The notes below the pieces were generated by a model that was not told the DNA's origin, searched no databases, and worked only from the letters and a program-made list of their open reading frames with translations. A stretch of 64,000 bases of DNA from the NCBI GenBank assembly GCA_963815215.1, contig CAWFFU010000003.1:864001-928000 (forward strand), in the 5' to 3' direction. Shown piece after piece: positions 53,561 to 64,000 of this stretch. Both the position numbers and the translations under genes were made by a program. The stretch is from an uncultured Trueperaceae bacterium (GTDB lineage Bacteria; Deinococcota; Deinococci; Deinococcales; Trueperaceae). Every line of letters begins with the position of its first letter. Position 1 is the stretch's first letter.

Positions 53561-55132
53561 CTAGAGCCGCACCAGCCGCAGGCTGCGGATCACGTCGCCA
53601 AGGTTGCGCAGCACGTCCAGAACCTGATCGGACGGCGCCTGGTCGAGGGTGAGCACGAACATGGCGAGACCGTCCTCACTGGTGCGCGAGAGCTGCATGC
53701 TGTTGATGTTCACGCCCGAGTCGCCGAGCACGGTGCCGACCCGCCCCACCGCGCCGGGGCGGTCGTAGTTGGTGCACACCAGCATGGTGCCCTCCGGCTT
53801 GATCTCGATGGGGTACTCGTCGATCTCCACGATGCGCGGCTGCTCGGCCAGGACCGTGCCGGCCACGCTGGTCCGCCCCTCGGACGTCACCGCGGTGACC
53901 AGCACGTGGGTCGTGTAGCCGCGGCTGCGCGAAGCGGTGACCCGAGAAACGCGGATGTCACGATCGCGGGCGATGGAGGGGGCGTTGATGTAGTTGGGTC
54001 GCTCGTCCAGGAAGGGCTCCAGGAACCCCTTGGTGACCGCCGTCGCCACCGGATCGGGGTCGATCGGGAAAGCACCGGCGAACTCCACCTCGAGCTCCTT
54101 GACGCGGCCCCGGCTCAGCTGCGCCGCGGTGCGGCCCAGCATCTCGCCAAGCTCCAGGTGCTTCCCGAGCGCACGCATGACCTCGGGAGCGAGGGCGGGG
54201 GCGTTCACCACGCCGCGCGAGTAATCGCCGTTGAGCGCCAGCACTGTGCGCTCCAGGATCTCGGTGCCGATCCGGGCCTGCGCCTCGGCGGTGTTCGCGC
54301 CAAGGTGCGCGCTCAACACCACGTTGTCGCGCCGGAACAGCGCCAGCGAGGGATCGGGGGGTTCCGATACGTACACATCGAGCCCTACCCCGAACAGATG
54401 ACCCGCGTCGAGCGCCTCGAGCAGAGCGTCTTCCTGGATGATCCCGCCGCGCGCGGCGTTGACTACGACCGCGCCCGCCGGCAGGCGGCGAAGCTCGTCC
54501 GCGCCGACCATGCCCTCGGTCTCCTCGGTCAGCGGCGTGTGCACGGTCAGGAAGTCCGAGCGCGCCAGCATGGCGTGCAGGTCGTCGAAGAGCTCGACTT
54601 TCAGCTCTTCGGCACGGCGGCGCGTGATGTACGGGTCGTAGGCCATGACGCTCATGCCGAGACCCTGCGCGCGTCCGGCCACGAGCGAACCGATGCGGCC
54701 CAACCCGACGACGCCGAGCCGCGCGCCCTTGAGCTCGCGACCTAGGAACTTGCGGTCCCAGGTACCCGAGCGGATGAGCCGATCGGCGCGCGCCACGCCG
54801 CGAGCGGCGTTCAGCATCAGGGCGATGGCGAGCTCGGCCGCCGACACGTTGTTCGCTTCTGGCGCGTTGACCACCAGGATCCCGCGCCGGCTCGCCGACT
54901 CGAGGTCGATATTGTCGACACCGACGCCACCCCGACCGATCACCCGGAGCTTGCCGCCCGCCCGGATCAGCTCGTCGTCGACTCTGGTGCGGCTGCGAGT
55001 GATGATCGCATCGAAGGAGCCGACGATCTCGAGGAGCTCATCGCGCGCGATCCCGGCACGGTCGACGACTTCCATCTCCGGGTAGTCGGTGTCACCCAAC
55101 TGGATGGTGTCGGTGACAAGGATTCTGGCCAT
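53561..55132 (-). CDS. serA: D-3-phosphoglycerate dehydrogenase (with C-terminal ACT domain)
   Basis: GVGVDNID, GLGRIG, NAARGG, HLGANT.EAQ, DRPG. Confidence 0.93.
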   Translation of the reverse strand: MARILVTDTIQLGDTDYPEMEVVDRAGIARDELLEIVGSFDAIITRSRTRVDDELIRAGGKLRVIGRGGVGVDNIDLESASRRGILVVNAPEANNVSAAELAIALMLNAARGVARADRLIRSGTWDRKFLGRELKGARLGVVGLGRIGSLVAGRAQGLGMSVMAYDPYITRRRAEELKVELFDDLHAMLARSDFLTVHTPLTEETEGMVGADELRRLPAGAVVVNAARGGIIQEDALLEALDAGHLFGVGLDVYVSEPPDPSLALFRRDNVVLSAHLGANTAEAQARIGTEILERTVLALNGDYSRGVVNAPALAPEVMRALGKHLELGEMLGRTAAQLSRGRVKELEVEFAGAFPIDPDPVATAVTKGFLEPFLDERPNYINAPSIARDRDIRVSRVTASRSRGYTTHVLVTAVTSEGRTSVAGTVLAEQPRIVEIDEYPIEIKPEGTMLVCTNYDRPGAVGRVGTVLGDSGVNINSMQLSRTSEDGLAMFVLTLDQAPSDQVLDVLRNLGDVIRSLRLVRL

Positions 55133-55161
55133 ACGGCGGAGGATAGCATGGGGGCGCTCGG

Positions 55162-56124
55162 TCAGTGTGTCGAGGACGGCCCGGACACGAAGCCGGCGAT
55201 CTCCCACTCCGGCGGCACGGTGAACGAGTCCACGCCGAGCACATCCATGGACAGGGTCCCCTGCACCCGCAGCAGGGTGGGGATGCCCTGGAGTGCGGCC
55301 TGCAACGCCGCGTCTGCGTCCGCCGAGAGCTTCCTCGGGTCGGGGTAGAACACCAGGTCGATGCGCCCGTCCTGCCCAGCCGCCAGCGGCACCGGGCGCA
55401 TGTCCTCCCGGGCCACGGAGTGCCCCGCCAGGGTCAGGTCGAGATCCTTGCCGTAGAGGAAGTAGCCGATGTCCCCGGGGTTGGTCGCCTTCACCACGAC
55501 CTGGACGACCGGCACGCCGGCCCGCAGCGTGAACGCGCGGCTCGCCGCCTCGTCGAGGCGTAGACGAGGCGGTGCCACCGTCTGCCTCGCCAGCGTCGCA
55601 CCCGACACCAGCACGCTCTTGCGCGTCTCGAAGCTGTAGCTCGAGGAGCTGAAGCGCAGCGTCCCTTCGACGCGGAACGGCAACGGCGTGTCGGCGAACG
55701 CGCGCACCACCGCACGCAACAGCCCGCCCTTGCCCTTCAGGTCGCTGTGGATAGGGAAGCGCAACGGCGCGGTAGATCCCGCCTCCAGGTAGAGCGCCGG
55801 ACGCATCGCGCCCCTCGTCACCACCTCGCCCTGCAGCAGCACCGTGTACTCCACCGACACGAGCCGTACGGGGAACTCGTTGGGGTTTCGCACCAGCGTG
55901 CCCACGGTCATCGCCAACCCGGCGCCGGCGCCGGGAGGATCGAAGCGCTCGATGCTGGTCTGCCCCGGAACGAGCTGGAAGGTGGGTGGCTGGATCTCAC
56001 CGAGCGGCCGGGCGCTCTTGATGGCGGTGGCGGGAGCGCACGCCGTCAGCGTCAGCAGCGTGGCGAGGGCCACGCCGGCCCACGGCCACGGACCGCGACG
56101 GGCGGAGTGCGTGCGACGCTGCAC
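55162..56124 (-). CDS. LEA type 2 / WHy-domain lipoprotein
   Basis: Lipobox LTAC; two NPN/NPG-containing beta-sandwich repeats. Confidence 0.72.
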   Translation of the reverse strand: MQRRTHSARRGPWPWAGVALATLLTLTACAPATAIKSARPLGEIQPPTFQLVPGQTSIERFDPPGAGAGLAMTVGTLVRNPNEFPVRLVSVEYTVLLQGEVVTRGAMRPALYLEAGSTAPLRFPIHSDLKGKGGLLRAVVRAFADTPLPFRVEGTLRFSSSSYSFETRKSVLVSGATLARQTVAPPRLRLDEAASRAFTLRAGVPVVQVVVKATNPGDIGYFLYGKDLDLTLAGHSVAREDMRPVPLAAGQDGRIDLVFYPDPRKLSADADAALQAALQGIPTLLRVQGTLSMDVLGVDSFTVPPEWEIAGFVSGPSSTH

Positions 56125-56168
56125 GCCCGCAGTCTAGCAGACCCCGCGAGCGCCCTCGCAGACGGCGC

Positions 56169-56663
56169 TCAGCGTCGCCGAACGAGGCGCCGCCACCAGC
56201 CTCTCGGCGGCCCCCCTCCGCGCGGTACGAAGGCCAGCAGCAACGCCGTCCCGAACAGGCACGCTCCGACGTAGACGGCGGTGGGAACGATGTCGAGGTC
56301 GATCGCCGCCCGCCGCAGCGCCCACGAGTACAGCCCGAAGGGGAGCAGACCGTACGCGACCCCCGTCGCGACCGGCGCCAGGGCCGCCCACAGCGGCCGC
56401 TCCCGCACCCAGCGCCGGGCGAAGAGCGCGCCGGCACCCACCACCGCGGTCGCTCCGAGCAGGTAGGCGAGCGCGACGAGGACGGAGGCGCCGTGCCCGA
56501 GCGCCTGGAACGCCACGTAGCCGACGTGCAAGACAGCGGGAACGGCGATCAGGAGCGTCACCAGGGCGAGGAAGCGCTTGCGCCCGAACGTCACGCGCAG
56601 CACCACCCCGACGATCAAGCCCGCGACGAGCACCCAACCGAGCAACCGGGTCAGGACGCTCAT
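56169..56663 (-). CDS. Hypothetical membrane protein
   Basis: About 5 hydrophobic helices; ATGA overlap with the recG stop. Confidence 0.7.
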   Translation of the reverse strand: MSVLTRLLGWVLVAGLIVGVVLRVTFGRKRFLALVTLLIAVPAVLHVGYVAFQALGHGASVLVALAYLLGATAVVGAGALFARRWVRERPLWAALAPVATGVAYGLLPFGLYSWALRRAAIDLDIVPTAVYVGACLFGTALLLAFVPRGGGPPRGWWRRLVRRR

Positions 56664-59050
56664 ATGACCTCCCGGAAGGCGAGTGCGCCACTCCGGAGGC
56701 GCAACTCGTCACGTAGGCGCCGGGCCCACGCCGCTTCGAGCGCCGGATCCTCGGCCAGCATGCGCTGCGCCAGCTCCCTGGCCCGCTCGATGATCGCGCC
56801 ATCGGTAGCCAGATCGCCGATCGACAGGTCGGGGAGGCCGGACTGACGCGTCCCGCGCAGCTCACCCGGGCCACGCAGCTGCAGGTCGTACTCGGCGATC
56901 TTGAAGCCGTCGCCGTTCCTGGCCACGATCTGAAGCCGCTGTTGCGTCTTCCTGCCGCGCTCGCCGGCGACCAGAACGCAGGTGCTCGCCGCATCACCGC
57001 GCCCCACCCGGCCCCGAAGCTGGTGGAGCTGCGACAGTCCGAAACGCTCGGCGTTCTCCACGATCATGACGCTGGCGTTGGGGATGTCGACGCCGACCTC
57101 GACCACCGTGGTGGACACGAGCATGTCGAACTCGTGGCGCCGGAACCGCTCCATGATGGCGTCCTTCTCGTCGCCCGGCATGCGACCGTGAAGCATGCCG
57201 ATGCGACACCCGTCAGGCATCAGCTGTCGCAGGTCCTCGGTCAGCCCCGTCGTCGAGACGATCGCCTCGAGGGCTTCGCTCTCTTCCACCAGCGGCGTGA
57301 CCACGTACACTTGCCTGCCCTTCAGGATCTCGTCCCAGGCGAAGTGATAGACCTCCCGCCGGCGACTGGCGTTCACCAGGCGGGTCTCGACCGGCTTGCG
57401 GCCCGGAGGCAACTCGTCGATCACACTCAGCTCCAGGTCGCCATAGTAGGTGAGGGCCAACGATCGCGGGATGGGCGTGGCACTCATCACCAGCACGTCG
57501 GGCAGGCCGTGAAGCAGCTTGCGTCGCTGATCCACGCCGAAGCGGTGCTCCTCGTCGATGATCGCCAGACCCAAGTCGGCGAAGCGCACCCCCTGCTGGA
57601 TGAGCGCGTGCGTGCCGACCGCCAGCTGCGCCTCGCCCGAGGCGAGCCGGGCGCGCGCCTCCCGTCGCTCGCGAGCGCCCATCGCGCCGGTGAGCAACTC
57701 GCTGCGCACGCCGAGCGGGAACAGGTAGCTGCGCAAGTTGAGGTAGTGCTGCCGCGCCAGGATCTCGGTCGGCGCCATGAGCGCCGCCTGCGCTCCATTG
57801 CGGACGGCCACATGGACGGCTGCAGCGGCCACCGCCGTCTTGCCCGAGCCCACGTCCCCCTGCAGCAAGCGGGCCATCTGGCGCGGCTCTCGCATGTCCT
57901 GGAGGATCTCGGCCAGCGCGCGCTCCTGGGCACCGGTGAGCGTGAACGGCAGGCTCTCACGGAACCCCTGAACGTCCGCGTCGCTCACCCGGAAGGCGCG
58001 GCCGGCGAAGGAGCCGTCACGGCTGCGCAGCACCGCCAGTTCCAGGAACAGGAAGTCGTCGAACTTCAGGCGGCGCACCGCGCGCTGGAGCGCTTCGTCC
58101 GACGGCGGGAAGTGGGCGTCACGCAGGGCCCGGTCGAGCGGCACGAGGTCCTCGCGCTGCAACAGCGAACGCGGGAGGTGGTCCGGAAGTGGTGGCAGCG
58201 CCGCCAGCAAACGGTGCGCAGCGCGGCGCTGGTAGGCCTGGCTCAGCCCCTGGGTGCTGCGGTAGATCCCCACGATGCGCCCGAACGACAGGCTCTCGCC
58301 CTCATCGTCGACCTCGAACCCGGTGACGTTGATCTCGAGGTTGCGCCCCTTGCGCTTCACCTTGCCGCCCAGGATCAGGCGCTGCCCCGGGAAGAGCTGG
58401 TTCTCGACCCAGGGCTGATTGAACCAGACGGCCGTCGCGCGCTGGCCGCGAGCGTCCTCCAGGGAAGCCCGAAGCACGTGCATGCCGCGACGGCTCCGCA
58501 TCCCCTTGCGGCTGATCACCGAGCCCGTGACGGTGGCGATCTGGTCGCTCTCGAGGGCGGAGAAGTGGGGCAGCGCGCGCCGGTCCTCGTAGCGTCGGGG
58601 CAGCGACCACAGTAGGTCCCGGTAGCTGCGCACCCCGACCTCGCCGAGCTTGCGGGGTGCCTGGGCGCCCAGGTCGACCAGCCGGTCGGCCAGGGCCCGA
58701 TCGAGCCCATCGGCCGGCAGCCGCTCAACGCTTCGGACGGGCGACTCGGCGCTACGGGCCGACGGCTCGGCCTTGGGACGAGGGGCAGCTTTGGCCGCCC
58801 GTTCCGGACTCCGACCGGCGTCCCCGGCCTCGTCCAGGAGAGCCAGGACCCGCTCCAAGCGGGCCCGCCGCACCTCAGGCGAGAGCGTGCCGTAACCCTG
58901 CAGGAGCGCCCCCACCCCCGCGAACGGGCGTGCCAGGCCGTCGATCAGCCGCTCGACGCCGCCCACGACCACGTCGTCGCGGCAACCGCTGCTGAGTTCC
59001 AGGGTCAGCGGCCGGCGCAACCGGTCGCGCATCTCGGGCACGCTCGCCAC
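56660..59050 (-). CDS. recG: ATP-dependent DNA helicase RecG
   Basis: [45 protein letters not shown]. Confidence 0.96.
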   Translation of the reverse strand: MASVPEMRDRLRRPLTLELSSGCRDDVVVGGVERLIDGLARPFAGVGALLQGYGTLSPEVRRARLERVLALLDEAGDAGRSPERAAKAAPRPKAEPSARSAESPVRSVERLPADGLDRALADRLVDLGAQAPRKLGEVGVRSYRDLLWSLPRRYEDRRALPHFSALESDQIATVTGSVISRKGMRSRRGMHVLRASLEDARGQRATAVWFNQPWVENQLFPGQRLILGGKVKRKGRNLEINVTGFEVDDEGESLSFGRIVGIYRSTQGLSQAYQRRAAHRLLAALPPLPDHLPRSLLQREDLVPLDRALRDAHFPPSDEALQRAVRRLKFDDFLFLELAVLRSRDGSFAGRAFRVSDADVQGFRESLPFTLTGAQERALAEILQDMREPRQMARLLQGDVGSGKTAVAAAAVHVAVRNGAQAALMAPTEILARQHYLNLRSYLFPLGVRSELLTGAMGARERREARARLASGEAQLAVGTHALIQQGVRFADLGLAIIDEEHRFGVDQRRKLLHGLPDVLVMSATPIPRSLALTYYGDLELSVIDELPPGRKPVETRLVNASRRREVYHFAWDEILKGRQVYVVTPLVEESEALEAIVSTTGLTEDLRQLMPDGCRIGMLHGRMPGDEKDAIMERFRRHEFDMLVSTTVVEVGVDIPNASVMIVENAERFGLSQLHQLRGRVGRGDAASTCVLVAGERGRKTQQRLQIVARNGDGFKIAEYDLQLRGPGELRGTRQSGLPDLSIGDLATDGAIIERARELAQRMLAEDPALEAAWARRLRDELRLRSGALAFREVI

Positions 59051-59085
59051 GGCATCAGTCTACCGTCGGCCATGGACAACCGTCC

Positions 59086-59114
59086 TTTACCGTGCCTCAC
59101 AGGGGCGCTATGCT
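59086..59114 (+). promoter_or_regulatory. Sigma70-type promoter of the sugar ABC operon
   Basis: TTTACC-N17-TATGCT. Confidence 0.55.
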
Positions 59115-59326
59115 GGTTCACGAGCCGCTGGAGCGGGAAGTCCGGAAGCCGGGGGGCCTTCCTTGTCGCCAGTTCGCGGGTGTCGGGTGACGGGACCACG
59201 AAGGTGGTCCAGCAGCATTCGACGGACGGCACAAGCGTCCGCCAGGGAGGTGACGCTCGTCGACCATCGGGGAACCTAGCGAGACACTCACCAATCCACA
59301 CCGACCTTAGGAGGAAGGGAAGCGAT

Positions 59327-60562
<1,236 letters not shown>

Positions 60563-60570
60563 CCCTCGCT

Positions 60571-60603
60571 TCGGAGGGGACCCCGCGACGGGGTCCCCTC
60601 CGA
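60571..60603 (+). repeat. 15-bp-stem inverted repeat after the binding-protein gene (mRNA stabiliser/attenuator)
   Basis: TCGGAGGGGACCCCG-cga-CGGGGTCCCCTCCGA. Confidence 0.7.
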
Positions 60604-60673
60604 CACTGAGACCGGCTCGCGCTCGCCCCGCCCCCGGCGGCGCCGTGTCGCGGCCGGGACGAATGGGTCCTGC

Positions 60674-61788
<1,115 letters not shown>

Positions 61789-61792
<4 letters not shown>

Positions 61793-62646
61793 GCGCCGAG
61801 GCCCTGACGCGGAGGCCGGCGCAACCGCATAAGCGCGCACGCTTCCAGTGGCTGACCTACCTGCTGCTGCTCCTGGCCGCCGCCTTCTTCCTGCTTCCGG
61901 TGTACCTGGTGCTCGTCACCAGCTTGAAGGTGCCCTCCGAGATCAACCTCGCCAGCACCTGGCAGCTCCCCTCCCACTGGAACTGGGGCAGCTACGCGAC
62001 CGCCTGGCAGGCCTTCGCGCCGAAGTTGCGCAACAGCCTGTTCCTGGCGGTGGTGGCGACCGCCGCCTCGGCCCTGATGGGCTCGATGAACGGCTACATC
62101 CTGTCGAAGTGGCGCTTCCCGGGGGCGAACATCGTCTTCCCGCTGATGCTCTTCGGCATGTTCATCCCCTACCAGTCGATCCTCATCCCGCTGTTCCAGT
62201 TCCTGCGCGACATCGGCCTCTATGGCTCCTTGTGGGGGCTCATCCTCACCCACGTGGTGTACGGACTGCCCATCACCACCCTGATCTTCCGGAACTTCTA
62301 CGCCGAGATCCCCGACGAGATGATCGAGGCGGCGCGCATCGACGGCGCCGGCTTCTTCGGCATCTACAGCCGCATCGTGTTCCCCCTGTCGATCTCCGGC
62401 TTCGTGGTGGTCATCATCTGGCAGTTCACGCAGATCTGGAACGAGTTCCTGTTCGCGGTGACCTTGACGCGGCAGAGCACGCAGCCGATCACGGTGGCAC
62501 TGGCGCAGCTCGCCGGGGGCGAGGCCGTGAACTGGAACCTCCCCATGGCCGGCGCGGTGCTGGCGGCGTTGCCGACGCTCATCATCTACATCGTGCTCGG
62601 CCGCTACTTCATCCGCGGGCTGCTGGCCGGCTCGGTCAAGGGCTGA
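61789..62646 (+). CDS. Sugar ABC transporter permease
   Basis: TMs; [20 protein letters not shown]-terminus. Confidence 0.9.
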
Positions 62647-62766
62647 GCGCCGGGGAGCGCGCGAGCACGGGGCCCGGCAGCCGGGCGGCCCTGTGTCTGG
62701 GCGCTTGCGACGACATGCGTCAGCAGGTATTCTCTTTCACGACTCTACGCCAAAAGGGGAGAGACG

Positions 62767-63525
62767 ATGAAACGAGTTGCAATCCTTGTGTCCAGCCTGG
62801 CGTTCGTGCTGATGCTCGGCGCCGCCTTCGCCGCCGACCTCGGCGGCAAGACCATCACCATCGGGTCGGATACCACCTATCCTCCGTTCGAGACGGTCAA
62901 CGACAAGAACCAGATCGTCGGCTTCGACGTCGACCTGATGAACGCCATCTGCAAGGTCGAGAACTGCGTCGCGAAGTTCCAGACGACGAACTGGGACGGC
63001 ATCATCCCGGCCGTCAACAACGGTGAGTTCGACATGATCGCCTCCGGCATGACCATCACCGCGGAGCGCGCCAAGCAGGTCGACTTCTCCGACCCCTACA
63101 AGAGCGTCGACCAGGCCGTCGCTGTGCGCACGCAGGACGCGGCCCTGACGCTGAACGACTTCACCAAGGACGGGAGCAAGCTGGTGCTCGGCTCCCAGAC
63201 CGGCACCACCAACGCCATCCTGGCCGAGAAGCTGGTAGGCCGCGGCCGCATCCAGCTCTACAACGACTTCAACCAGGCCGTACAGGCGCTCCTCAACGGC
63301 GACGTCAGCGGCGTCGTCCTCGACGATGTGGCCGCCGCCGCCTTCGCCCAGCAGTACGCCGGCAAGCTGGTCGTCTCCATCCGCGGCGTGAAGTCCGGGG
63401 ACGAGCTCGGCTTCGCCGTGCCCAAGGGCGATCCGCAGGGCCTGTTGCCCGCGCTCAACGACGGCCTTGCCAAGCTCAAGGCGAACGGCACGCTGGACGC
63501 TCTCACCGTCAAGTGGTTCCAGTAG
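62767..63525 (+). CDS. Polar amino-acid ABC transporter substrate-binding protein
   Basis: YPPFE, GFDVDL, GMTITAERAKQVDFSDPY, GTT. Confidence 0.9.
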   Translation: MKRVAILVSSLAFVLMLGAAFAADLGGKTITIGSDTTYPPFETVNDKNQIVGFDVDLMNAICKVENCVAKFQTTNWDGIIPAVNNGEFDMIASGMTITAERAKQVDFSDPYKSVDQAVAVRTQDAALTLNDFTKDGSKLVLGSQTGTTNAILAEKLVGRGRIQLYNDFNQAVQALLNGDVSGVVLDDVAAAAFAQQYAGKLVVSIRGVKSGDELGFAVPKGDPQGLLPALNDGLAKLKANGTLDALTVKWFQ

Positions 63526-63669
63526 TCCAGTGAGCGCTGCAGCGCGGCGCGTCTCCCCGCCGTTGCGGGGGCGCGCCGCGTGCCTGTCCTGCGCTGAGGC
63601 CGGGCGCGTGTGGGCTCTGCGCCCACACGCGCCCTTACCCGGTCCCGACAGCGCCGAGAGGGCACGGCC

Positions 63670-64000
63670 GTGAGCCGACCTACCTCCCGTCCAACGCGCA
63701 ACCCGCTGAAGCGCATCCGGCCGAGCTACCTGGTCCTGCTGCTGCTGGTCCCGTTCGTCATCTACTTCTTCGCGACGACCTCGACCTACCAGCGCGCGCT
63801 GTCCTACCTCGTCCCCGGCCTGTCGGTCACGGTGGCCGCCACGGTCCTCGCCTACCTCGCGGCGTGCATCCTGGGCATGATCCTGGCCGCGCTCGCCAGC
63901 CTGAACATCGCCGAGCGCACCGTGCTGCGCTTCACCATCGCGGGCGCGATCCTGCTGCTGGCCGCCGTCGTGCTGCTCACGCGGCCCAAGGTCGAGTTCG
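63670..64000 (+). CDS. Amino-acid ABC transporter permease, N-terminal part (runs off window)
   Basis: GTG 63670 opens a hydrophobic frame (YLVLLLLVPFVIYFF...PGLSVTV) that stays open to the window edge; follows the binding-protein gene. Confidence 0.7.
   Translation, partial: MSRPTSRPTRNPLKRIRPSYLVLLLLVPFVIYFFATTSTYQRALSYLVPGLSVTVAATVLAYLAACILGMILAALASLNIAERTVLRFTIAGAILLLAAVVLLTRPKVEF

Overview
High-GC chromosomal core region, most likely from a Deinococcota bacterium, possibly Trueperaceae-like. This taxonomic call is an inference from the cinA-recA-rny order, the RecA P-loop GPE(A)GGKT, the csaB/DUF5693 pair and the many leaderless genes with a TANNNT box just before the start codon. About 55 CDSs are present: csaB, Crp/Fnr regulator, AAA+/VWA pair, cinA-recA-rny, prs-rplY-pth, PFOR plus a DHOD-like flavoprotein, pstSCAB, T-box-valS-hutH-ureohydrolase, mrp, a membrane pseudokinase, guaA, EVE, hrcA-moaDE, tsaEB, mreB-S55 peptidase-lpxD-lpxC-oxidoreductase-fabZ-lpxA-lpxB-like-msbA-like, a serA operon, a LEA lipoprotein, recG, and sugar and amino-acid ABC transporters. 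No tRNA, rRNA, CRISPR array or mobile element was seen. Four observations stand out. (1) An uncharacterised three-gene module (35171-40795): two paralogous proteins share an N-terminal helical domain and a C-terminal roadblock/LC7-like domain, and flank a membrane protein with an acidic-aromatic tail. (2) The core of recA is extremely G/T-skewed with sharp boundaries. (3) An unannotated three-hairpin, C-rich-loop small RNA candidate lies divergent from cinA. (4) A minimal lipid A-like cluster with a GnnA-like oxidoreductase occurs in a lineage usually described as lacking LPS.
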